Position numbers and translations under genes: made by a program. A stretch of DNA of 42,448 nt from contig JBGANF010000062.1 in the NCBI GenBank assembly GCA_044222475.1, forward strand, positions 1 through 42,448, read 5' to 3'. This stretch comes from Polyangiaceae bacterium. Lineage in GTDB: Bacteria > Myxococcota_A > Polyangia > Polyangiales > Polyangiaceae. The notes beneath the pieces were generated by a model. The model worked only from the letters and a program-made list of their open reading frames with translations. It ran no database searches and was not told the DNA's origin. Below, in pieces: positions 8,125 to 16,389 of this stretch. Position 1 is the first letter of the stretch, and every line of letters begins with the position of its first letter.

Positions 8125-10392
8125 GTGCTCGCGCTCCTTCGGCGCCATCCGTCTCTCTTGCCCGCCCTCGCGGCGGTGTCGTACCTGCTCGCCGTCTCGG
8201 CCACTCACGAAGGCACCTTCTCGCCTCGCGTCCTCTTCTGCGTCTTCACCGCGCTCGCCCTCGCGATCCTCGGCGCGATCGCCAAGGAGCGCCCGCTCCA
8301 GGGCACCCTGTTCGCGCTCGCGATCTCGGTGTCGGTCCTCCTGACGCGCGAACCGACGCCGATCCTCTCGATCCTCGCGCTCGCCGCCGGCGCCCTCTCG
8401 TCGATCGCTGCGCGTCGCGCGATCACCCTCGTCCCCACCCTCGGTGGTCTCGCCCTGCGCGACGCGACGCCCTCGTGGTCCGGCTACCTCGTCGCGCCCA
8501 TCCCGTGGCTCGTCGCGATCGGTCTCACGATCGCCAAGCACTCCGCCGCTCCTGCCGTCGCGCTGGGCGCCGGCCCGGCCTCGATCGCGCTCTTTTTTGG
8601 CACCCTCTCCAAGCACCGCCTCGATCGCCGTCACGAGCTCGGCGCCGCCGAGCGCCTCGGCGCCGGCGCGCAGATCACGATCGCCGGCGTGCTCGTCGCG
8701 GTCGCGTTCCTCGTCGTCGACGCCGCGTCGCTCCGCACCGTGTCGCTCGTCACTCCGCTGATCCTCGCGGTGATCGTCTCGCTCGCGCTCCTTCGCGGCG
8801 AGCCCGTCGCGATCGCGCGCGGCGTGCGGCGCGCCGTCACGCTCTCGATCGTCGGCGGCGGGATCGTGATCCTCGCCGCCGTCGCCGCCGCGAGCGAGCC
8901 CGTGCTCGCCGGCGTCATCGTCCTCGTCGCCGTCGTCCTCGCGCTCGCCGCCGGCCACGTCGGCGCGCTCTTCGAGGGGCCGCTCCTCCCCGCCGCGGGA
9001 TCTCTCCTCCACGCGATCGACGAAGCCACCGCGTCGCTCCTTCGCTCTTCGCCGGACGAGGCTCTCCCGAACGCCCTGCGCGTTCTCCGGCGCGGCGCCG
9101 GTCCGGATGCACCGCCGGCCGAGCTCTGGACGCTCTCGCCGCAGCGCGTCCTCACCGTCGACGCGGCCGGTTACCCGCACGAGCGCGACGCCGAGCTGCC
9201 GCAGGAGCTCGTGTCGGTCGCCAAGCAGGAGCCGCTCTTCACGCTTCGCACCGCGGTGCTCGTCTCGCTCGAGGTGCGCCGGCCCGCGCTGCGCCCGCTC
9301 GCGCGCTGGCTCGACGATCGCAACATGCTCTGCGCGGTGCTCGTCACCCGCGACGGCGAGGTCGACGGCGTCCTCATCATCCCGCGCGGTCACCGCGTCG
9401 AGCCGCTCTCCCTCGAAGAAGCGAAGAAGCTCGAAGAGCTCGCCGCGCGTCTCGCCGGCGCGGCCGCCGGCAAGAGCGCCCTCGCGCGGAGCCTCGAGCG
9501 CGAGCAAGCGGCGACCCGCGCATCGGCCGAGGCCGAGGGCCGCGCCGAGCGCTTCGAGCACGAGCTCCACCGCGAGCGCGCCGCGCACGTCGGCGCCGCC
9601 GCACGGCTCGCGCGTCCCGCGACGGTCGGCATCTACGCGGCCGCGTCGCGCCTCGCGTACGACGCGCTCGAGCGCGCGACCAAGCAAGGTGCACCGATCG
9701 TCGTCGTCGCGAAGAGCGGCGTCGATCCGGTCCCGTACATCGCGCGCGCGCACCTCGCGGGCACGCGAAAGGACGGCCCGCTCGTCGTCGTCGATGGAAC
9801 GGCCACGCGCGAGCACGACCTCGAGCGCTGGCGCGACCCGATCTCGTCGCCGCTCGCCCTCGCCGACAAGGGCGTGCTCGTCCTGGTCGACGGTGCCGCG
9901 CTCCCGCTCGACGTGCAGCGCCTCGTCGGCCAGTCCCTCGCCGAGCGGCGCACCCCGTGGGAGCGCGCCGAGCCGCTCGACGTGATCCCGTACCTCACGT
10001 CGGTCCCCGAGCCGCAAACGCTCGAAGCCGAGGGGCGGCTCGACACGATCCTCGCGTCCCGCTTCGGGCAAGGCCTCGAGTCCGCGATCCGCCTGCCCGG
10101 CATCGCGGAGCGCCCGGAGGACATCCGCGCGATCCTCACCGATCGCCTCGCGCGCGAGGGCCTGCGCGTGCGCGGTCGTCCGCTCGGCATCGACGACGCG
10201 GCGTTCGCGATCCTCGTCGAGCACCCGTTCGAAGGCGAAGACGCCGAGCTCGCCGCGCTCGTGCACCGGATGGTCGCTATCTGTTCGTCCGACGTCGTCG
10301 GCGCGGAAGACGTGAAGCGCGTCCTCCCTCCGCCGACGCAAGAGCCGCAGCGCCGGTCGCGCCGCCCGAAGTCGATTCAGCCGCCGCGGTAG
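8125..10392 (+). CDS. multi-TM protein with GAF-like region, coiled coil and degenerate sigma-54-activator-type AAA+ domain
   Basis: about 290 aa hydrophobic N-terminus; C-terminal R.DGPLVVVDG, LALADKGVLVLVD...LPLDVQ, IRLP.IAERPEDI, HPFEGEDAEL follow the bEBP AAA+ layout; start inferred from the -10 box. Confidence 0.75.
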   Translation: MLALLRRHPSLLPALAAVSYLLAVSATHEGTFSPRVLFCVFTALALAILGAIAKERPLQGTLFALAISVSVLLTREPTPILSILALAAGALSSIAARRAITLVPTLGGLALRDATPSWSGYLVAPIPWLVAIGLTIAKHSAAPAVALGAGPASIALFFGTLSKHRLDRRHELGAAERLGAGAQITIAGVLVAVAFLVVDAASLRTVSLVTPLILAVIVSLALLRGEPVAIARGVRRAVTLSIVGGGIVILAAVAAASEPVLAGVIVLVAVVLALAAGHVGALFEGPLLPAAGSLLHAIDEATASLLRSSPDEALPNALRVLRRGAGPDAPPAELWTLSPQRVLTVDAAGYPHERDAELPQELVSVAKQEPLFTLRTAVLVSLEVRRPALRPLARWLDDRNMLCAVLVTRDGEVDGVLIIPRGHRVEPLSLEEAKKLEELAARLAGAAAGKSALARSLEREQAATRASAEAEGRAERFEHELHRERAAHVGAAARLARPATVGIYAAASRLAYDALERATKQGAPIVVVAKSGVDPVPYIARAHLAGTRKDGPLVVVDGTATREHDLERWRDPISSPLALADKGVLVLVDGAALPLDVQRLVGQSLAERRTPWERAEPLDVIPYLTSVPEPQTLEAEGRLDTILASRFGQGLESAIRLPGIAERPEDIRAILTDRLAREGLRVRGRPLGIDDAAFAILVEHPFEGEDAELAALVHRMVAICSSDVVGAEDVKRVLPPPTQEPQRRSRRPKSIQPPR

Positions 10393-11012
10393 CCGCTCAT
10401 CGAGCGCACCTGCGCGGCGATCTGCGTGAGCCGCGCCGCGAGGGCGACGTTGTTCGCCTTGATCGTGTACCCGCACGGGAACGACGAGAACTTCCCGCTC
10501 TTGTCGCGCCAGCCGAGCCGCGGCGCGGCGACGATCTCGACGACGTCGGTGACGGGCACGCTCACGCTGCCGATCGTAGCGCCGCGGATCGTCATCGCGT
10601 CGGGCGTGGCCTCGATCGTGAACGGCTCGGTCATGACGACTCCCTTCACCTGCGCGCGGCGCGCGAGGAGGAAGTAGCCGATGGGGAGGATCGCCATGCC
10701 GATCACGAAGCCGATCACCATCGCCGCGAACTCGAGGCCGTCGCCCAGCGACATCGACTCGGCGATCTCGTACCCGACGAGGGCGAGCACGCAGCCGAGA
10801 CCGACGCCGATCCCCTGACGCGGCGTCAGCGCCAACCCGCGCTGGCGTCCGGTCGCGAACGCCGTCCCGCCGGGGTCGTCCGCCTCCGGCGCCGACAAGC
10901 CACGCTGGAAGTTTTCAATCTCCATGCGCTCCAGGGCGGCGGAGTTGACTCCCTCGAAGCGCACGACGAGCGTTCCGGGGAGCGCTCCCTCTTCGGACCA
11001 CGGCGGGCTCAT
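10377..11012 (-). CDS. hypothetical membrane protein (2 TM); start uncertain
   Basis: two hydrophobic segments followed by a small soluble domain; GGAGG upstream of ATG 11012. Confidence 0.55.
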   Translation of the reverse strand: MSPPWSEEGALPGTLVVRFEGVNSAALERMEIENFQRGLSAPEADDPGGTAFATGRQRGLALTPRQGIGVGLGCVLALVGYEIAESMSLGDGLEFAAMVIGFVIGMAILPIGYFLLARRAQVKGVVMTEPFTIEATPDAMTIRGATIGSVSVPVTDVVEIVAAPRLGWRDKSGKFSSFPCGYTIKANNVALAARLTQIAAQVRSMSGYRGG

Positions 11013-11107
11013 CGGCGTTCCTCCATCGTGAACTTACAGCGTAAAGGTCGGGTGGCCCCGACACCATCCTTGTGTACGGAAAGAAGCCCGTGATATCCCA
11101 GACGTCG

Positions 11108-11815
11108 ATGAAAAAGGCCGCCCTCGCGTTCGTGCCGTTCATGTCCATGGCTGTCCTCGCGGTTCTCCCCGCGTGCGGCAACAACGACGACCCGTACAAG
11201 CCGATCCCGGCGTTCTCGGGTCGCAAGGCGAGCCTGCCGACGGTGCCGTCTCTGCCGACCGACAAGATCAAGGACGGTGACGCGTTCACCATCTACGGCG
11301 CGTACCACCACCTGAACTCGTCGATTCACAACCCGGACGTGACCGCGAAGGACATCACGCTCATCGGCTGGATCGTCGACAGCAACATGGCGACCGTCGA
11401 CAAGTGCGCCATCCACAAGACCGGCAAGAAGGATCCCGACGGCTGCGTCACGGCGATCCCGTACTTCACCTTGTCCGACAAGAAGGACGGCAAGAGCGAC
11501 ACCAAGGCTCCGAAGATCCGCGTCCTCGGCTGGGCGTCGAACTTCGCGAACATCTTCGACGCGCTCGAGAAGTACAAGAACCTGAAGGAGCCGCCGAAGG
11601 AGCTCTACAAGGACGAGCTCTGGGCGATGGACATCCCGTTCCCGCTCCCCGCGGTCGGCGCGCGCGTGAAGGTCACCGGCAAGTACGGCGTGAACTTCGG
11701 CAAGTCGTCGGCCGGCATCGAGGCCGATCCGGTCTACGGCATCATGACGTACGACAAGATCGAGTACCTCGAGCAAGCGCCCGAGCCCGCGTCGTTCCCG
11801 CAGCTCAAGCCGTGA
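11108..11815 (+). CDS. lysine-rich lipoprotein of unknown function
   Basis: MKKAALAF...VLPAC lipobox; strongly biased codons; PAVGARVKVTGKY is OB-fold-like (weak). Confidence 0.8.
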   Translation: MKKAALAFVPFMSMAVLAVLPACGNNDDPYKPIPAFSGRKASLPTVPSLPTDKIKDGDAFTIYGAYHHLNSSIHNPDVTAKDITLIGWIVDSNMATVDKCAIHKTGKKDPDGCVTAIPYFTLSDKKDGKSDTKAPKIRVLGWASNFANIFDALEKYKNLKEPPKELYKDELWAMDIPFPLPAVGARVKVTGKYGVNFGKSSAGIEADPVYGIMTYDKIEYLEQAPEPASFPQLKP

Positions 11816-12923
11816 GCGGCAAACCAAGGAGCCCGGCGACGGGCTCCACCTGCGCGCGAATCTCGTGACGGCTCACGTGCCGGCGAAGGAGCGCGAGGTC
11901 GCGCGCGCCGTACTGCGCGGCCGACGTCTCGAGCAGCTGACGTGCGCCGTACGCGCCGACCGCGCGCGCGAAGATCGCATCGTCGGAGCTCGTCTCCGGT
12001 AGCGCAGTACCCGACCCGAGGATCTCCTCGAGGAGCCCGAGCATGCGCTCGCCGAGGAAGCCGAGCGCGATCGTGACGGGCTGCGGCGCCTTGCGAAGGA
12101 CGAGCGCGCGCATCGCGCGGCCGAGCGCGACGTCGACGTCGATCGTGTGCGACGTTCGGATCGCGCGGAGCGCGAGCGTGCGTCCGCCCTTCATCGAGAC
12201 GAGCGAGAGCGTCTCCGGCGTCCAGGAAAACTCGGGCTTGGGGCGCGCGCAGGTGGCGACGTCGGTGAGGGGTGACGCGCGGAGGAAGCGATCGAGCGCG
12301 ACCCCGAAGCGCACGGCGTCGACCTTGCCGCCGGCGGTCGGCAAGTCGAGGAGGTTCTGGCTCTCGCGATCGACGTGGACGCGCCGCAGCTCGGGCCACG
12401 CCTGCAAGCGCGAGGGAGGCTCGGTGCCGAGGAACGTCTGCGAGCCGACCCACCACCGCACCTTGGTGTCGGTGCGGGCGATCTCGAGCGTGCGCGAGAA
12501 CCAGGTGTGGCGGGCGAGCGCCTCGCGGACGTCGCTGACTGGGCCCACCCGATCGAGGGTCGCGCCGGCGAGACTGAGGAGGCGGTTCGGGCCTTGGCTC
12601 GATCGGAACACGCCGCTCCAGTCGGGGTGGGCGGCCTGGACGATGTCGTGGAGCGCGGCGGCGAGCGCCCACTCTTCGCCGTTGGGGGTGCCCGGCGCAT
12701 CCGCGTTCAGGAAGTGGTCGATCGGGACCAGCTTTCGGGCGATCCGAAGGCGAGCGAGCTCCACGTGCGATGCGAGATCCGGGTCGGTCAGGAGCTGACC
12801 GGCCAGGGCGAGCGCGGTCTTTGCGCCGATCGGGCGGCCTGGCCGGAGCTCCCCCCCGAGGACCAAGGGCGCGAGGAAGTTCCGGAAAAGGCGGTCGGCG
12901 ACCGCCGCGAGCGCTTCCGCCAT
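11805..12923 (-). CDS. hypothetical cytoplasmic protein (372 aa)
   Basis: normal amino-acid composition and GC3 bias; no recognised motif. Confidence 0.75.
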   Translation of the reverse strand: MAEALAAVADRLFRNFLAPLVLGGELRPGRPIGAKTALALAGQLLTDPDLASHVELARLRIARKLVPIDHFLNADAPGTPNGEEWALAAALHDIVQAAHPDWSGVFRSSQGPNRLLSLAGATLDRVGPVSDVREALARHTWFSRTLEIARTDTKVRWWVGSQTFLGTEPPSRLQAWPELRRVHVDRESQNLLDLPTAGGKVDAVRFGVALDRFLRASPLTDVATCARPKPEFSWTPETLSLVSMKGGRTLALRAIRTSHTIDVDVALGRAMRALVLRKAPQPVTIALGFLGERMLGLLEEILGSGTALPETSSDDAIFARAVGAYGARQLLETSAAQYGARDLALLRRHVSRHEIRAQVEPVAGLLGLPLTA

Positions 12924-13112
12924 GCCCGGTCGACGCTAACACCCTCACCCCGCCTCAACCAGGCGAACCGCGGTTTCGGCGTTTTTCCCTTGCCGCAAGG
13001 CCCGCGGCATCGTTGGATGTGCCTTCGCTCGGCGGCGGCGTCGTGTCGGCAGACAGGTTCTGCCCGCGCCACGCGTCCGTTTCCCCCTCTCTCCAGGAGT
13101 CTTTTCCCGCAC

Positions 13113-13853
13113 ATGGCATTTGGTCGCTCCCGTTTCGATCCTCGCGCAAACCAACGAACCTTCCAGACCCGAGTCAATCACCGCATTCGCGTGCCCGAGG
13201 TGCGCGTGATCGGCGCCGACGGGGCGATGCTCGGAGTGATGCTGACCCACGAGGCGATGAAGCTCGCTCAAGAGTCTGGGCTCGACTTGGTCGAGGTGAA
13301 CCCGAAGACCGATCCGCCCGTGTGCAAGATCCTCGACTACGGGAAGTTCAAGTACGAGGAGAAGAAGAAGGCCGGCGAGGCGAAGCGCAAGCAGACCGTC
13401 GTCGAAATCAAGGAGATCAAGCTCCGCCCCAAGACCGACGACCACGACATCGCCTTCAAGGCGAAGGCCGCGCGTCGCTTCCTCGAAGCGGGTCACAAGG
13501 TGAAGTTCACCGTGCGCTTCCGTGGTCGCGAGATCACGCACCCCGAGAAGGCGCAAGAGCAGCTCACCCTGATGACCGGTCAGACCGAGGATCTCGCCAA
13601 CATCGAGACCCGGCCGATGATGGAAGGTCGCACGATGACGGTGCTCCTCGCGCCCAAGCCGCAGGTCCTCCAGAAGGTCGCTCAGGCGAAGGTCGCGGCC
13701 GAGAAAGCTCGCCAGCTGGCCGAAAAAGAGGGCCGCCCGCTCCCGCCGCCCTCGGCTTCGCTCCCGAACTTGCCCGACGACGACGACGACGATGACGACG
13801 ACGACGACGAGGACGGCGACGAAGGTGACGAAGAAGGCAGCGGGCAGGAATAA
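13113..13853 (+). CDS. infC: translation initiation factor IF-3 with acidic C-terminal extension
   Basis: VNHRIRVPEVRVIG, GLDLVEV.P...PPVCKILDYGKFKYE, EIKEIKLRPK.D.HD, GHKVK.TVRFRGRE. Confidence 0.96.
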   Translation: MAFGRSRFDPRANQRTFQTRVNHRIRVPEVRVIGADGAMLGVMLTHEAMKLAQESGLDLVEVNPKTDPPVCKILDYGKFKYEEKKKAGEAKRKQTVVEIKEIKLRPKTDDHDIAFKAKAARRFLEAGHKVKFTVRFRGREITHPEKAQEQLTLMTGQTEDLANIETRPMMEGRTMTVLLAPKPQVLQKVAQAKVAAEKARQLAEKEGRPLPPPSASLPNLPDDDDDDDDDDDEDGDEGDEEGSGQE

Positions 13854-13886
13854 CCCCTGCGCTGTTCCGTCGAACGGGGGAAGGCC

Positions 13887-15878
13887 ATGCGAAGCATCTC
13901 TAGAATCAGGCATTCGGTACTGCTCGTGGCCTCGCTCGTCGCGCTCTCGAGCGCGGCCCACGCCACGCTGACCCCGTCCGAAGGCGCGATCATCAAGCAG
14001 TTCGTCGGCACGGCGCAGGTCGCCAACGTGCCGAAGGTGCGATCGCTGATCGCCCGGACCGACCTCACCGCCGACGAGTCGACGCAGGCGATGGTCGATG
14101 CGCTCGGTCCGCTGCAGGTCACCGATCAGCGGGTGGCGTTCCTGCGGGAGCTCGTGTTCGGCGTGCCGTCGAGCGCGTCGCGCAACGTGCTCGTCTTGTC
14201 GGTGGTGAAGGGGCTCGTGTCTCGCGCCGACGCGATCTTCGCGAAGTCCAACCCCGAGAACGCGGACGCCGGCGCGGAGCTGATCCGCATCTACGCGCTC
14301 GTCTCGGAGATGGCGAACTACGGTCACCCCGTCGGCCGCTTGCACGATCCGCAGGCCGGCATCGCACCTGCCACGTACGAGGCCTGCGCGAAGGCGCTCG
14401 GCGAGCACTACGAGCGCCACGCGCCGTGGCTCAAGTCGGGTCCGTCGCAGCTGGTGCCCCTCGCGGCGCGCGTGCGCGGCCAGGCGCACCTCGCGCTTCT
14501 CGACATGGAGCCCGACACTCCGACGAAGGCGATCGACGCGGCCGACAAGCTCGGTCTCGATCCCATCCGTCGATCGATCCTCGTCGAGCGCGGGATGCTC
14601 GTCATCGACAACGGAAAAGCGGACGCGAAGGTGCCGCAGATCCAATCGCTCTTGCGTCGCGTGCGCGGCGTCGACGACGTCGAGGCGATCGTGTTCGACG
14701 AGCAGGGCTCGGATCTCAAGGCGCGAGGCGCAGTCCTCACGGTGAAGATGGGCCTCGACTCGGCGGCGCCGACGAAGAGCTTCCCGACCGAAGAGGTCTC
14801 GGACTCCACCGCGAACGCTCCCATCGCCGAGGTCGCGGCGCAGCTCGCGAACCGGCTCACGCGCCAGGTGCTCGCGAACCGCGGGGATCTGCGGCTCGCT
14901 GCCCAGCGCGACTACCAGGCGGCGAACGGTGATCCGCGTCGGTTGATCGGCGTTCTCCCGGACGCGTCCCCCGAGGGAGCGGTCGCGGCCACGCTCGGGT
15001 TGCTCCTCGCCGACGGCGCACGTACGATCGACGTCGCGGCCGCGCGCTTCCTCGCCGGCAAGACCGAGACGATGGCGTTCGTGTCCGACGCGCTCGGCGT
15101 GCTCGCCGCCGCGCAAGGTCCCGGCCAAGCGACGCAGCTCGCGATCGGAAAGGCCGAGGCCGACGGGTCGACGTCGATCGCCGACGTGACCGCGGTCCGC
15201 TTGTTTCCGAGCGGCGCGGCCGCCGCGTGGACGTCGTACGGCGTCAAGTGGGAGCTCACGCGCGACATCACCGGCACGGCCGGCGTCAGCGGCGTCAAAC
15301 GCGACGGACAACCGGTCGCGTTCAACCAGCTCGCGAACGTGCGCGTCCCGGTCGCCGCCGGGACGAGCTGGTCGGGCGCGGGCCTGAACGTGACTCCGCT
15401 GCTCGGCAACCCGCTCGTCGGGATCGTGCCCGGTCCGCGGCTGCGCCTCGTCGGCACCTCCGAGGTCGACGGCGTGATCTTCGCCGGCCCTGGCGACGAC
15501 GTCGTGCTCGAGACCGATCTCAAGAGCGACGGCGGCGGTGCGATCTTGCTGCGCGCAGTCTCCGGCCGTGACGGCTTCGGCGCGGGCGTCCGGATCATCC
15601 CCGGCAACCCGATGCGCGCGACGCTCATCACGTACAACGCGAACAAGGTCGAGACGCCCATCGGGTCGATGCTCGATCTGCCGTCGATCGATCACCTTCG
15701 CCTCGCGGTGAAGGGCACCACGATCGAGGTCCAGATCCAGTGGAAATCGCCGCTCGGCCTCGGCCCGGCGAAGCGCTCGGTGACGACGCTCCACGGCTTC
15801 GAGCACGGTGACGTGGCGGTGCTCGTGAAGAAGGACGCGAGCTTCGAGCTCACGAACTTCACGCTGAAGAAGAACTGA
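13887..15878 (+). CDS. exported hypothetical protein (663 aa)
   Basis: signal peptide ending AHA; helical N-terminal part and beta-rich C-terminal part; GAAGG upstream. Confidence 0.78.
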   Translation: MRSISRIRHSVLLVASLVALSSAAHATLTPSEGAIIKQFVGTAQVANVPKVRSLIARTDLTADESTQAMVDALGPLQVTDQRVAFLRELVFGVPSSASRNVLVLSVVKGLVSRADAIFAKSNPENADAGAELIRIYALVSEMANYGHPVGRLHDPQAGIAPATYEACAKALGEHYERHAPWLKSGPSQLVPLAARVRGQAHLALLDMEPDTPTKAIDAADKLGLDPIRRSILVERGMLVIDNGKADAKVPQIQSLLRRVRGVDDVEAIVFDEQGSDLKARGAVLTVKMGLDSAAPTKSFPTEEVSDSTANAPIAEVAAQLANRLTRQVLANRGDLRLAAQRDYQAANGDPRRLIGVLPDASPEGAVAATLGLLLADGARTIDVAAARFLAGKTETMAFVSDALGVLAAAQGPGQATQLAIGKAEADGSTSIADVTAVRLFPSGAAAAWTSYGVKWELTRDITGTAGVSGVKRDGQPVAFNQLANVRVPVAAGTSWSGAGLNVTPLLGNPLVGIVPGPRLRLVGTSEVDGVIFAGPGDDVVLETDLKSDGGGAILLRAVSGRDGFGAGVRIIPGNPMRATLITYNANKVETPIGSMLDLPSIDHLRLAVKGTTIEVQIQWKSPLGLGPAKRSVTTLHGFEHGDVAVLVKKDASFELTNFTLKKN

Positions 15879-16376
15879 TTGCGAGCGGCGGCGGTCGTCG
15901 TTGCGCTGTCGATCGGGGCGTGCGCGCGCTCGCCGGCTGTCGCCGCTTCACGCGATCACGCGTCGGCGAACAGCGTGGCGGAGCTCCAGCGGGACGCGTG
16001 CGTCGGCGAGAAGGGCGTCGAGAACGTCTTCGCGGCGAAGGACGGCAAGTGCCTTTGCTACGACCCGCCGTGGGATGCGGGGGTGCCTCCTCCGAACGAG
16101 CAAGAGCGTCGGACCCGGCCCGACTTCGACGGTTACTTTCTCTGTCGAGCAAACCCTGGCGCCGTCGCGTCGTCGACGCTCGATCGCGCGTATTGCCCGC
16201 TCGTTCAGCCGACGGCGGCCGACGCCTGTTCGACGAAGGATCCGATGCTCGGCAACCGCGATTGCCTCTACGCCGCCGCCGACATGAAGACCGTCGTCCA
16301 CTTCCGCTGCGACGCCGAGCACTGGCACGAGCTCACCCCGGCCGAGCTCAATCAGCAGCGGATGATGCGACAGTGA
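15879..16376 (+). CDS. Cys-rich putative lipoprotein
   Basis: VVVALSIGAC lipobox; 8 further Cys; TTG start directly after the upstream stop. Confidence 0.6.
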   Translation: MRAAAVVVALSIGACARSPAVAASRDHASANSVAELQRDACVGEKGVENVFAAKDGKCLCYDPPWDAGVPPPNEQERRTRPDFDGYFLCRANPGAVASSTLDRAYCPLVQPTAADACSTKDPMLGNRDCLYAAADMKTVVHFRCDAEHWHELTPAELNQQRMMRQ

Positions 16377-16389
16377 CGTATTCTCGCTT

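Noticed and set aside
7213..10476. 1087-aa minus-strand ORF, and similar long ORFs (1339-4107, 8034-11093, 12945-15806, 16348-19017, 28723-31407)
   Set aside because: Arg/Ala/Pro-rich shadow frames expected in high-GC DNA; only the 7213-8067 part of the first looks like a real gene
13776..13830. GAC trinucleotide run as a separate repeat element
   Set aside because: It is the coding poly-Asp tail of IF3 and is covered under that finding
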